A stretch of 64,000 nt of DNA from a virus, in IMG/VR virus record IMGVR_UViG_3300034418_006582, positions 1 through 64,000 of that record; one strand, 5' to 3'. How positions within the stretch are numbered: position 1 is the first letter of the stretch; each line of letters starts with the position of its first letter. Below are positions 9,643 through 19,852 of this stretch, one piece after another. The position numbers were made by a program, and so were the translations under genes. Under the pieces are notes generated by a model. That model did not search any database, had not been told where the DNA came from, and saw only the letters and a list, made by a program, of their open reading frames with translations.

Positions 9643-9784
9643 TATTCCTCCTCAAACCATTCTTTTGGAAATGGTTTACTTCCATGCTTTTTTAGATCTC
9701 TTAATTGCAAATAGTAACTCATTCTTTCTGCTGCCTTATCAAAAAGCATTGATAGTTTTCTAAATATTTTATATAAAATTAACA

Positions 9785-10015
9785 TTAGAAAGGATCCTCC
9801 TCTGTTTCTACAAATACTGGCTCAATGTCTTTAACTTTAAAAGCAATTTGCAAGTCAAATGCTTTGATACCATCTTTTTTTAATTTTTTATCAATATATC
9901 TTACAAGTACCGAACGATGAGCCTCATCTGTTTCAGGAACTTCTTGCTCTGTAGCATATAGATCTATTTCAACTTCCCCTGTTATTGAAAAGTGGCCTTT
10001 TATATTTCTACCCAT
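9785..10015 (-). CDS. Hypothetical protein
   Basis: First long ORF of the leftward operon. Confidence 0.6.
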   Translation of the reverse strand: MGRNIKGHFSITGEVEIDLYATEQEVPETDEAHRSVLVRYIDKKLKKDGIKAFDLQIAFKVKDIEPVFVETEEDPF

Positions 10016-10087
10016 AGTACCCCCTAGTGTTGATACTTAGATCACTTATAGCATCCATTTGTCCTCCTTTTTTTTGCACATTACTGG

Positions 10088-10137
10088 TTGCCTTATACTT
10101 ATAAGCATACTATAGTGAAATAATAAAGTATACGCAA
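10088..10137. promoter_or_regulatory. Overlapping divergent sigma70-type promoters
   Basis: + strand TTGCCT-17-TATAGT (10088-10116); - strand TTGCGT-17-TATAGT (10137-10109); the -10 boxes share the palindrome ACTATAGT. Confidence 0.7.
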
Positions 10138-10154
10138 GAAACAAAAGGAGAAAA

Positions 10155-10394
10155 ATGGCAAAGCGTTTAACTGAACCTGATCTGTGGTCAAACTCAGATC
10201 AACCTTTAGGAGTGCAAGAAATTGCAGATCTATTAGGTTATAAAAAAACTACTGTAAGCTCATGGCGACAGAGAAGACAATTCCCTGTACCTGACACTGA
10301 AGTTGCAAACGGAACTATCGGTTTATGGAAAAGATCTACAGTAATAAATTGGGCTAATGCCACTGGCCGAAACAAAACAGGGGCAACAATATAA
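10155..10394 (+). CDS. AlpA/Xis-like HTH DNA-binding protein
   Basis: LGVQEIADLLGYKKTTVSSWRQR..FPVP..LWKRSTVINW. Confidence 0.85.
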   Translation: MAKRLTEPDLWSNSDQPLGVQEIADLLGYKKTTVSSWRQRRQFPVPDTEVANGTIGLWKRSTVINWANATGRNKTGATI

Positions 10395-10495
10395 AAATGT
10401 CAGACCAGTTTAGTAGACTGTTTAGTGACATGACCGAAGTATTCGGTGAATATGGTTGGAGAGAAATACCGACTAATAATATAGGAGAGAAAATA

Positions 10496-11269
10496 ATGAG
10501 CGAAGAAATAATTGTAGAGGCTGAGTCAACAGAAATTGTTGAATCACCTAACAATCAAATAACTACAAATATATTTGGAACTACAAATCCTGCTGACTTT
10601 GTTTCAAAATCACAGGAATATGCTAAAGCTCTAGTAGATGTAGTTGAAAACCAAAATTTATTTGCAGTAATACAAGGTAAAAAGTATGTAACATTTGAGG
10701 GGTGGCAATTCCTCGGATCTATGTTGCCTACTGCTATAACACCACAAACAGAGTGGACAACAGAATTAAGAGATGAAGCAACTGGCGAAACACTAGGATA
10801 TAAAACTCGTGTAGTAGCTAAAGATGTTAACGGAAACGATCGTGGCGCTGCTGAATCAGTATGTATGTATTCTGAAAGAAATTGGGCAGGCAAAGACGCT
10901 AACCACTTGATGTCAATGGCTCAAACTCGTGCAAGTTCTAAAGCACTTAGAATGGCTTTGTCATCAATTGTAAAGCTGGCTGGATATGAACCAACACCTA
11001 AAGAGGAAATGGATGGCATTACTGCTGAAAATTCATTTAGTAATACTGGATCAACTTCAGCACCTACTAACAATGGTGGTAAGGCGAGTGAAAAACAATT
11101 GAAGTTTGCTAAAGACATGATCCGAAAGAATGTTGATCATGAACTTGTGCAAAATGATTATTACAGACCAATATTAGAAAAAATTGCTACTGGCGATATT
11201 AGTGGCAAAGAAGTTTCTGCTGTTCTTGACTGGATAACAGGTAAAACTGATCAATTAATTACTTTCTAA
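10496..11269 (+). CDS. Putative single-strand annealing/recombination protein
   Basis: GKKYVTFEGWQFLG..SMAQTRASSKALR..EPTPKEEM and ASEKQ motifs; ATG at 10496 has a GGAGAG RBS. Confidence 0.6.
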   Translation: MSEEIIVEAESTEIVESPNNQITTNIFGTTNPADFVSKSQEYAKALVDVVENQNLFAVIQGKKYVTFEGWQFLGSMLPTAITPQTEWTTELRDEATGETLGYKTRVVAKDVNGNDRGAAESVCMYSERNWAGKDANHLMSMAQTRASSKALRMALSSIVKLAGYEPTPKEEMDGITAENSFSNTGSTSAPTNNGGKASEKQLKFAKDMIRKNVDHELVQNDYYRPILEKIATGDISGKEVSAVLDWITGKTDQLITF

Positions 11270-11348
11270 CAAATAGCAATACTGGATCTATAGAATCGGA
11301 AAACCCCTCTTTACGAGGGGCTTTCTTTATGTTGGACTTCTACCTTGT
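11266..11348. repeat. Right copy of perfect inverted repeat, containing a terminator
   Basis: Reverse complement of 1-83. Confidence 0.95.
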
Positions 11349-11512
11349 GAGAGAGTTGTAGAATTAACTGATCTTCATTATAAATGGGATTGAAAATATA
11401 TCATAATGATAAGTTAATTATTGTACTGCACGAATAGACTTTGGATTGAAAATGTGCTTTAATGATGAGTTTTGGTTGTGAAGATCGAAAAAGAATAATG
11501 ATCTAAAAGAGC

Positions 11513-11543
11513 AAAAAAAAAGAGGGCATTTCTGCCCCCTTTT
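11513..11543 (-). terminator. Cassette terminator
   Basis: A-tract followed by GAGGGCA-TTTC-TGCCCCC hairpin. Confidence 0.75.
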
Positions 11544-11562
11544 ATCTTTCAGTTTTTTTTAT

Positions 11563-12078
11563 TTATGCGTTAACAACCTCCTTTAAATTATTATTTAATG
11601 CTTCACTAATATTTATAGATATATAAAAAGCTGTGTGAAAATAATCCGTCATTGAGTCTGATTTGTCAAACCATAGATCACCAACGCCAGCATGGAATGG
11701 AGCAGTCTTTATTATTTCCTCCACTTTGTCCAGAAATTTGTTTTGTTCTGGTGTGAATAAAATATAGATTCTTTCAGCAATATCTATATGATGCTCAAAT
11801 TTGTCTGGATTTTGATCCATCCATCTCACCAACTCTGGATAAATTTCTGGTTTATATTCTCTAATTCTGTCAACAGCCAAACTGTATCTAGGCTTAAAGC
11901 TCTCTCTATACAATACCTCCATATCAGAGAATATATTTGTCCAATCTAGATCAGACTTTTTAACATCAACGCATAAGCGCATATGGTCTTGAATACGAAC
12001 ACCAAATTTAGAATTAGGAAATTCTTTCTTTAGTGCCTCTCGGATCGCTTTGGATTCCTCTTTTGTAATATATGCCAT
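11563..12078 (-). CDS. Early protein resembling the LPD29 domain
   Basis: SKAIREALKKEFPNSKFGVR..DSMTDYFH; own promoter, leader and terminator. Confidence 0.6.
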   Translation of the reverse strand: MAYITKEESKAIREALKKEFPNSKFGVRIQDHMRLCVDVKKSDLDWTNIFSDMEVLYRESFKPRYSLAVDRIREYKPEIYPELVRWMDQNPDKFEHHIDIAERIYILFTPEQNKFLDKVEEIIKTAPFHAGVGDLWFDKSDSMTDYFHTAFYISINISEALNNNLKEVVNA

Positions 12079-12342
12079 TTTAAGCTCCTTTTATTTTCTA
12101 TTACTTCTAATAATATTAACTGCCTATCAGATATATGCAAGTATATTTTTAAAAAATATTTAAAGCTGGCCGTTGATCTTCTAGCAGTCATGGATCTAAT
12201 TCTGCGCTGCATAAAGTCGGATTGAAAACGAGCTTTAATGATAAGTCCATAATATGATCACCGATAGAAATGGGATTGAAAATCAGTATTAATGATAAGT
12301 TTTTACTAGTAAGGCCAGAAACGGCTAACGATCAAAAAATGC

Positions 12343-12374
12343 AAAAAAAAAGAGGGACATTTGCCCCTCTTTTT
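12343..12374 (-). terminator. Cassette terminator
   Basis: A-tract followed by GAGGG..CCCTC hairpin. Confidence 0.75.
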
Positions 12375-12722
12375 CCGTAATCGAGATGAGGTTATGCGAT
12401 CATTGTAGGATCGTATTTCAAACCTAATTGTTTTCTACACTCATCGTCTAAGATCAAGATTGCATTTTCGCAACTATCACAAGTGATCACATTATTACGC
12501 TCTAAGTCAGTTGTTGTAAGAACTGCAAGCGTATCACAATTTTGACAGTCTATTTCAAAAAACATTAATCTACCCTTTCTGCTTTAACAATTTTGTAGCC
12601 CTCTTTATAAAAAAGATTTTCTACTGAATACATATCCAATTCCTCAATAGCGTTTTCGATACACTCAGCTTTATTGTTACCCTCGCCATAGATCTCTAAT
12701 TGAACTGTAAATTTATATTCTT

Positions 12723-13052
12723 TCATTTTTTCACCTCAAAACGATCAAGACCATGAATAAAAGCGCCATTGTTTCCCTCAGGATCGCCCATTAATGTGAT
12801 AGTAATAGTTTTTCCTTTACTATCCTTTAATTCGATCACAGGAAAAGCAACATCATCAGACCAGTCTGTTTCCTCGTTGAGTTTCCATTGAGTCTGTACA
12901 AAATAAGTATCTTTAATTCTTAAGCCCTTAAGTTTTTCAAGATCCTTATAGTCATTTAAGTTATGATCAAGATCTGATCTTTTCACAACTTCTCGATAAT
13001 CAGTTGATCCAGTATCACTTTCGATATGATCAACATAATTTTCAGGTTTCAT
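12723..13052 (-). CDS. Hypothetical early protein
   Basis: Conserved leader; MGDPEGNNGAFI motif. Confidence 0.75.
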   Translation of the reverse strand: MKPENYVDHIESDTGSTDYREVVKRSDLDHNLNDYKDLEKLKGLRIKDTYFVQTQWKLNEETDWSDDVAFPVIELKDSKGKTITITLMGDPEGNNGAFIHGLDRFEVKK

Positions 13053-13080
13053 AATTTACCTCTTTCTGTATTACTTCTCA

Positions 13081-13119
13081 TAATTATACTTGCATAGTTG
13101 TGTTATGCAAGTATAATTA
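13081..13119. promoter_or_regulatory. Palindromic bidirectional promoter with operator
   Basis: 16-bp perfect arms with a 7-bp centre; TTGCAT-16-TATAAT on both strands. Confidence 0.85.
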
Positions 13120-13151
13120 AAATTAGTAATAGAGAAAAGAAAGAGGACAAA

Positions 13152-13805
13152 ATGGAAAGAGTAGATCTTTTTAGAGAACCTATAAAAAAATGGGATATGG
13201 ATAAAGACACAAAAGCATTTTTAGTAGAAAATGATTTTGGTATCACTGACACTGGTGGTGGTTGTATCCATTTAACATACAAAGACTGGATCATAAACAA
13301 ATATGAATCAGTTGATTATGATGACATGTACGCACTTAACGAGATCACTTTAAACGATCTATGTATGTGGGGACAAATTTGGAACGATACTGGCGAGGAC
13401 ACATCGTTTTTGAACACTTTAGAAAGTGGAAAACAATTTGTTGATCAATACAAGTTAAGTGGAAGTCAATTTGCAAATAAAACAGATAAGCCGATCAATA
13501 GTTGGATCGAGGTATGGGAAAAAAGTGGTGGCGATCTAGATACTTACGAACAAAACTATTTTTTATGCCAGTGGGAAAACAGTTATTTGGTTTCTAGCGA
13601 AAAAGACTTAATCAAAAACTTTCCTCATGATGTACATGTAAAAGAGTTAGGTTGGTCAGGCTACAACAGAACTAACGGTAAATCTGTTGCAATAGATACT
13701 TTTTGGGACATGATCATGTTTATAAAAAAAGATAATCCTTTTGAGTGGACATTTTTTAGCGACAACATGAATATTACGCTCATGAGAGAAAGTGAAACAG
13801 AATAA
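13152..13805 (+). CDS. Hypothetical early protein
   Basis: ATG at 13152 follows the AGTAATAG..AGAGG leader; TGGGC motif. Confidence 0.75.
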   Translation: MERVDLFREPIKKWDMDKDTKAFLVENDFGITDTGGGCIHLTYKDWIINKYESVDYDDMYALNEITLNDLCMWGQIWNDTGEDTSFLNTLESGKQFVDQYKLSGSQFANKTDKPINSWIEVWEKSGGDLDTYEQNYFLCQWENSYLVSSEKDLIKNFPHDVHVKELGWSGYNRTNGKSVAIDTFWDMIMFIKKDNPFEWTFFSDNMNITLMRESETE

Positions 13806-14363
13806 TGGTTGTTAAAGACAACGAGTGGTTAGATCATTGCACATGCGATGATCTAACTGCGAGAAATTGTATATGCGACTTAAACGAGGGGGAATAATGG
13901 CGAATCGACATAGTTGGCAAGATATGGCTGACTTAACACACAAAACACAAGTAGAGGAATTTAATTTTTGTTTATGCGAGGAACAAGAAGTATTCCCTTA
14001 CGATGATTGCCCAAAAGAAAGTGTAGGGAAGTAATGGAACAAATAATAAATCTATTACAAAAAGTATTAGACATATCTAAACAACTAGACAGTAATGATG
14101 AATTGTCATTAACAACTGACTTAGAAGAAGATATTGAAATATTTATAAAGGATAATTAAAGTGAAAAGAAAATTAATTAAATTAGTTATCAAAATATTGA
14201 TAGAAAGATCAGATCTAGATCGTGATGATCTACACGAGATCTCAAAATATGCCGATAACATTATTGTAAGTAAATTTATAAGAGGTAAAAATTGATTTAT
14301 ATAATTCAAATTATATTGGAAAAACTTAAGGGCAAGAAGTAAAGCTGACACCATAAGTTTTGA

Positions 14364-14392
14364 GAGAGGGGCTTACAAGCCCCTCTTTTTTT
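14364..14392 (+). terminator. Terminator of the rightward cassette
   Basis: GAGGGGCTT-AC-AAGCCCCTC followed by T-tract. Confidence 0.8.
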
Positions 14393-14548
14393 ATTTGAGA
14401 TTGAAAATTTACATTAATGATAAGTCTTTTATTTGATCATGGTAAAAATCGAGATTGAAAATGAGTATTAATAATGAGTTTTTCATAGGATCATCGAAAC
14501 ACAAAAAAAAATGGGGATCCTAAGATCCCCATTTGTATTGTTTGATTG

Positions 14549-15115
14549 CTAAATTTTTAAACGATCTTTTAACTGATGATCGGTATAGATCTCACCAGTC
14601 TCAAAATTCACACGATCATAATTGTATAAGTGATTAAACAAATCGACTTTTGATTTGTCTAACTCTTTAACCATATGATCATAGATCCATTGAAAATTGA
14701 TCAATAGAAAATTATGAAAATCAAGATTGCCAGTTGTTGATCTCTCATGCTTGATCCATTTAGATCTGTAACTCTCTAAATGGCAATTTGAGTATGATAC
14801 ATCGAGGTTAAGACATTTACTACAACCTAACAACAATGCAATAGTCATGACATTTGTATAAGTGTCTTTATTAACTCTTATATCGTAGATCGTATCGAAT
14901 TGATCTCTATAGTCATTTTTTTCACCATTATTTTTACCGATACAATAATGAGTATAAGAGGGATAGATCTTGCCATAAATGTTATTAACTTTTATTGGTA
15001 AATAATCTTGTCTCTTATAATCATCGAATCTTAGATCAACGATGATTGGCTTAAAGTTTTCTAAAACATTTAAGATCATCGCATATTGATCTTTAGTTAA
15101 ATTATGATCGATCAT
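14549..15115 (-). CDS. Hypothetical early protein (GATC-dense)
   Basis: 188-aa ORF coupled to 15112-15456. Confidence 0.7.
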   Translation of the reverse strand: MIDHNLTKDQYAMILNVLENFKPIIVDLRFDDYKRQDYLPIKVNNIYGKIYPSYTHYCIGKNNGEKNDYRDQFDTIYDIRVNKDTYTNVMTIALLLGCSKCLNLDVSYSNCHLESYRSKWIKHERSTTGNLDFHNFLLINFQWIYDHMVKELDKSKVDLFNHLYNYDRVNFETGEIYTDHQLKDRLKI

Positions 15116-15456
15116 GATAAATTGATCTTATCTAAGATCTCATTGATCTTGTTTGCTTTAACTGGATCTTTAAAGACATCGTAATTGATCGCTTTAGAAA
15201 AACCAAAGGGATCATTTTGCGATAGATCCTCTTTTAAGATCTCAATATCCGTATCACTTAAAGTTAGATCCTCTATGATCGTTTTATTGATTAATTCAAA
15301 ACTAAACCAATTATCGATCTTTTGATCCTCTAACTCTTTTAGTAATAATTCTCTAGCAATAGTTTTACCTTGTTTTGTTGCAACAGATACAACCTTTTCG
15401 GTCTTATCCATTAACTTAACGAGATAGTCATATTGCCATAAGTTTTTATTGGGCAT
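15112..15456 (-). CDS. Hypothetical early protein (GATC-dense)
   Basis: Conserved leader and RBS. Confidence 0.7.
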   Translation of the reverse strand: MPNKNLWQYDYLVKLMDKTEKVVSVATKQGKTIARELLLKELEDQKIDNWFSFELINKTIIEDLTLSDTDIEILKEDLSQNDPFGFSKAINYDVFKDPVKANKINEILDKINLS

Positions 15457-15756
15457 AATTTCCTCTTTCTCTTAATTACTAATTTAAGCATATCACACAT
15501 CGGCAATTTATAAAAGTCAATAAATATAAACTTTTGGTTATGGTGATCGGTTAAGGTCTAAATTTAAAATCGCTTAAAACGGCTTAAAACGGCTTGTTTA
15601 AAAAATCGAGATTGAAAATCAGCCTTAATGATAAGTTTTTTAATGGATACTCAAAAAATGTGTTTTAAAATGAATCTCTTAAAATGGATCTAAAGAGGAT
15701 ATAAAGAAAGAGGATCCAGTAAAACTGGATCCTCTTATTTGATTAGTAACCGATGT

Positions 15757-16008
15757 TTAAAACGGATCTGGTATTCTCAATTCATTTTGGAAGTATTCTA
15801 AATTTGCTTGAATTGTACTAGCTCTTTTAAAAGTCAATTCATTAAAATTAGAATTAAAATTTTCAAAGACTTCGATCATATGCCGTTCTAATACTGATAA
15901 TTCATAGATCATTTTGAATTTAGTATCTAGATCATAATTTCTAAATTTGATCGCTGATACTCTAACCTTTAGAATTTTTGCTATCGCTATAAAATGTTTT
16001 TTAGTCAT
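15757..16008 (-). CDS. Hypothetical early protein
   Basis: MTKKHFIAIAKIL..F...N..F...F pattern; GAGG RBS. Confidence 0.7.
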   Translation of the reverse strand: MTKKHFIAIAKILKVRVSAIKFRNYDLDTKFKMIYELSVLERHMIEVFENFNSNFNELTFKRASTIQANLEYFQNELRIPDPF

Positions 16009-16010
16009 TT

Positions 16011-16250
16011 TTAACCTCTTTCTATTTTTCTATATGTATCTAAAGAATTGTAATTTTCTTTAATTAATTTGCTAACCTTAACAACTCTATAAACTCTTTT
16101 ACATGTGATTGGATCACTTATAAACATTTTTACAGAATTGCACTCACCTATTGAGTTATGATCAGCACAACCGTCAGCTTTCTTTTCTAAAATGAAAAAA
16201 AACTGATCACCGTATTTTTTTCCTATTTGATCTAAAGTCATAAACTTCAT
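16011..16250 (-). CDS. Hypothetical early protein
   Basis: Conserved leader and RBS. Confidence 0.7.
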   Translation of the reverse strand: MKFMTLDQIGKKYGDQFFFILEKKADGCADHNSIGECNSVKMFISDPITCKRVYRVVKVSKLIKENYNSLDTYRKIERG

Positions 16251-16593
16251 TGATCACCTCTTTCTTTTCGATTACTGATCTAAGCATATCACAACTATGC
16301 AATTAATTCACTTAAAAAATAATTATTTATTTGAGTAAAAGAGGATCTAAAGAGGATCTAGAAAAAACGCGATTGAAAATCTGTCATAATGATAAGTTTT
16401 TTAATTGATAAGCGAAATAATCGAGATTGAAAATGGCCTTTAATGATAAGTTTTTTATTTGAGGCTCGAAATTAAGATATTTTAGATTTAGCTGAAGTTG
16501 ATCCAGTATTGCCAAATTTAATATTGCGTTGAGAGATCCGTGGCATAAAAAAAGTGGGGCATAAAGCCCCACTCAATCGATATTACTTTATTT

Positions 16594-16941
16594 TTAACTG
16601 TGACAAGTTACGACAAAAGCACATAATCTTTCTTTTATCGCTAAGTCCTCAGGCTTAGTACCTCGCAAGAGCTTATCCAACTCAGTCAAATCACCGTACT
16701 TTCCTCTGAAGTCGATATAAATTTGCTCATCTGCCTCATCGCCTAGAGCTTTAAACAGACTTTCCAAACTGTCTATTGCTTTCAACTCAACAGATTTTCT
16801 TTCAGGTATTTCTATACTGTCATATTGTCCACCGTACTCAGTTTGTTTTTCGTACCAGTCAAGAATATTGCATGGCAAAAAGCCATTTTTAACACTCCAA
16901 ACATGGTCGACAGTAGAAACACCAATGCCGTTTGTCCACAT
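16594..16941 (-). CDS. Hypothetical early protein
   Basis: Single-gene cassette with promoter, leader and terminator. Confidence 0.75.
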   Translation of the reverse strand: MWTNGIGVSTVDHVWSVKNGFLPCNILDWYEKQTEYGGQYDSIEIPERKSVELKAIDSLESLFKALGDEADEQIYIDFRGKYGDLTELDKLLRGTKPEDLAIKERLCAFVVTCHS

Positions 16942-17131
16942 TTTATTTTTCCTTTTTTTAGTCGATTACTAATTTTAATTATAATTGCCTTTTACTTATA
17001 TGCAATAACATTTTTGCAATTAAAGATCCGTGGATAAAATGCAGAGTTAGATCTAATTTTGCCTTGGATCTTTAACTGCATAAAAAAAAGAGGTTGGACA
17101 AACCAACCTCTTTTAATTTTGGCAGAGCTGC

Positions 17132-17710
17132 TTAAGCTATTTCAATAGCCTCGCCCTCTAAAGTCCAAACAGTTTCGCCAGTATCTAGGTCGCCGAAATT
17201 TTCAAAATACCACTCAGTCCAAAACCAGTTATCAAGCCCACCACCAAAGTTCTTTTCGCCAGTTTTAGTATCAATAAGCCTGTGCCACTCTTTTGTATTC
17301 ATTTCTATGCCACCGAACTCATCAGCCCTTTCAATTAAAGAGATGATGAAGTTTCTATTCTCAACTGTTTCCTCATTTAGCAGAGTTAGATCTAAATTAG
17401 GCAAGTGCATATCATGGCAATTACAGTTATCATACTTTTCGCAATCTCTCACTTCACACTCTCTTGAGCAAATCACACTGATATCGCCAATTAAGTAACC
17501 CTCATTTATGCCTTTACCACAATCATCGACTTCGCAATGTCTAGGGTAAACTGTTAAGGTTTCAACTTCTTTTAAACAAGTATCGCACCAAGTTTTGCCA
17601 TTTCCAACTGGTTCGCCTACCTCGGATCTATATAAGCCAACCCAGTATTGCTTGCTTAATGTTCCGAAACTTTTGCAAGTTCCACATATCTCAACGGTTT
17701 TTTCGTCCAT
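17132..17710 (-). CDS. Cys-rich zinc-finger early protein
   Basis: Multiple CxxC motifs. Confidence 0.75.
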   Translation of the reverse strand: MDEKTVEICGTCKSFGTLSKQYWVGLYRSEVGEPVGNGKTWCDTCLKEVETLTVYPRHCEVDDCGKGINEGYLIGDISVICSRECEVRDCEKYDNCNCHDMHLPNLDLTLLNEETVENRNFIISLIERADEFGGIEMNTKEWHRLIDTKTGEKNFGGGLDNWFWTEWYFENFGDLDTGETVWTLEGEAIEIA

Positions 17711-17958
17711 TATTTATTCCTCTCTATACAAGTTTCACACTCAAACTCAGGACCACTACACCATGAGCAGTAACACTCATCGAATAAGCCCTCAGCATGT
17801 TGGCAACAAGTTGCACTATCAAAAGCATGAGTTTCCAATTCAACTGGATAAGTCTTAAACATATATCTGTCTAATACTTTTCCAGTAAACTCCCAAACAC
17901 CTAAAAGCAAAAATGCAATCACGGTTATTGAGAATATAAGAAAAAATGCGTTTTCCAT
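17710..17958 (-). CDS. Small membrane-anchored Cys-rich protein
   Basis: N-terminal TM segment; conserved leader. Confidence 0.7.
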   Translation of the reverse strand: MENAFFLIFSITVIAFLLLGVWEFTGKVLDRYMFKTYPVELETHAFDSATCCQHAEGLFDECYCSWCSGPEFECETCIERNK

Positions 17959-18013
17959 TTTTTATCCTTTCAATCGATTACTAATTTAATTTTGATCACT
18001 TTTTGCTATTTTG

Positions 18014-18391
18014 TCAAGAATAGAAATAGAACTCATAATTATCTCGAAGTTCTTTGTAGTCTTTCTTTTCCTGACAATCATGATCTCTGTCTGCAAAATA
18101 CAAAGTTGGAGTTCTGCAAAAGTCACAGACATGATGATGAATTGCAAAAGAAAAATCGTCACGAGTTGTTATTGTAAAAGCCAACCAACCCAAGTCAGTA
18201 TAAACTTTTATATCTACACCTGGGAAACTATGATTTTTTAAATAGTGTTCTGCACTAAAAACAAGTTGTTCCAAATGTTCTGCACTTTTCAACTTTGTAT
18301 CATCAACAGAATATTTTTCAATATAAGTTTCTTGTGCAAATGAGTTATCGCCTTTAACTCCGATTTTAAATTTATATTTTCTTTGTTTCAT
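18014..18391 (-). CDS. Hypothetical early protein
   Basis: Conserved leader; CDFC..HDC. Confidence 0.7.
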   Translation of the reverse strand: MKQRKYKFKIGVKGDNSFAQETYIEKYSVDDTKLKSAEHLEQLVFSAEHYLKNHSFPGVDIKVYTDLGWLAFTITTRDDFSFAIHHHVCDFCRTPTLYFADRDHDCQEKKDYKELRDNYEFYFYS

Positions 18392-18753
18392 TTTTACCTC
18401 TTTATCGATTACTACTTATTAGAATAACACTATTTTGCAATTAAAGATCCGTGTTATCTATAAATATCTGTGCAGTCCAGTCAAGGTCCAAAAATTCTAA
18501 ACGCTTAAAACGGCTTAAAAGTGCCTGTTTTTTTCAAGTTTTTACAAAATTAGCAATCCTGGATCAAATTCAGCAAATTTGCGATTGAGAATTAGTCTTA
18601 ATGATTAGTCATTTATTTGATAATTAAAACAATTGAGATTGAAAATGTATGTTAATGATGAGTTTTTTATTTGATACTCAGAATTGAGCCATGGATCTTT
18701 TAGTGCAAAAAAAAAGCGAGGTCGAAACCTCGCTCTTTTTTATTTAATGCGAC

Positions 18754-19164
18754 CTATAACATATCAGCAATTTGGTTTTCATATTCAGAATAAAAAGTTT
18801 CAAATTCCTCATTGGTCAATTTATTTTCATGACTTAACGACATGCAAGACTTTTGTATTAAATCCGTAATTGAATTTCGGTTTGCACTTAAGTTAGGATT
18901 GTAACAATCAAGCCAAAACAAAAAATGGTCTGTCCTCATTTTGTAAGTTTCGACTATTTCATTTTTGGCTAAAGAATACTTTTGGCATAAAGTCCAAAAG
19001 TCTGGCTCAGGTTGAGTTAAACAATCAAACAACCATAAATCATAACTATGAGTTTCTGAATTATGTGCCTCAATATCTCTACTGTCAAACATAAGAATAT
19101 AGTTTGACATGTCTAAATTAGGCACAACAAACAACTGTTTCATATTGTCCCAAATATTTTCCAT
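18754..19164 (-). CDS. Hypothetical early protein
   Basis: AGGGGG RBS; followed by terminator at 18707-18742. Confidence 0.7.
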   Translation of the reverse strand: MENIWDNMKQLFVVPNLDMSNYILMFDSRDIEAHNSETHSYDLWLFDCLTQPEPDFWTLCQKYSLAKNEIVETYKMRTDHFLFWLDCYNPNLSANRNSITDLIQKSCMSLSHENKLTNEEFETFYSEYENQIADML

Positions 19165-19174
19165 TATTCCCCCT

Positions 19175-19456
19175 TTAACTTTTGTAATAGTTATTTATTG
19201 CGTTTTGCATTACGCTATCTTTTACAAAAAATTCATCAACTTCTACATTGTCAACAAACTTTTGTACATTGTAATTAAATTCCCAGTATTTTTTTTCCTC
19301 AAATGAAGTATGGTATTCATCATATTGGATTAACCATATGGTCTTACTACTACCTGGGATTATTTGTAAATCACGAAAACATAATTCCTCAAATAAAATC
19401 CAGCAATCGTTTTCAAAATTAACTGGATTTTTTTTAGTGTATTTTGGCTTAGCCAT
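19175..19456 (-). CDS. Hypothetical early protein
   Basis: Conserved leader; perfect operator upstream. Confidence 0.7.
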   Translation of the reverse strand: MAKPKYTKKNPVNFENDCWILFEELCFRDLQIIPGSSKTIWLIQYDEYHTSFEEKKYWEFNYNVQKFVDNVEVDEFFVKDSVMQNAINNYYKS

Positions 19457-19852
19457 TTTTTACCTCTTTTTAATCGATTACTAATAACCATTATAGTTGC
19501 ATATTTGTCTTATGCAATTCAAAAATCTCTGAGATCCGTGTAAAAAAAAAATTGATCACAAATAGCAAAACTGGATCCGTGTTTTGTAAAACTGGCCAAA
19601 TTGCTGCAAAGCTGACGAAACAAAACGAGATTGAAAATGTCTTATAATGATTAGTCCTTTAAGTGAAACTAGAGAGAATTGAGATTGAAAATGTGTATTA
19701 ATAATAAGTTTTAAATTTGAAGATCGAAACTTAGATTTGTTTAAATACTGGTAAAAAAGAGACAAAAAAAAAGAGGGCTTTAAACCCTCTTTTTTAATTT
19801 TATTTGATTAATTAGCGCTTTAATTTCTCAAATATGATTTCTACAATATATT

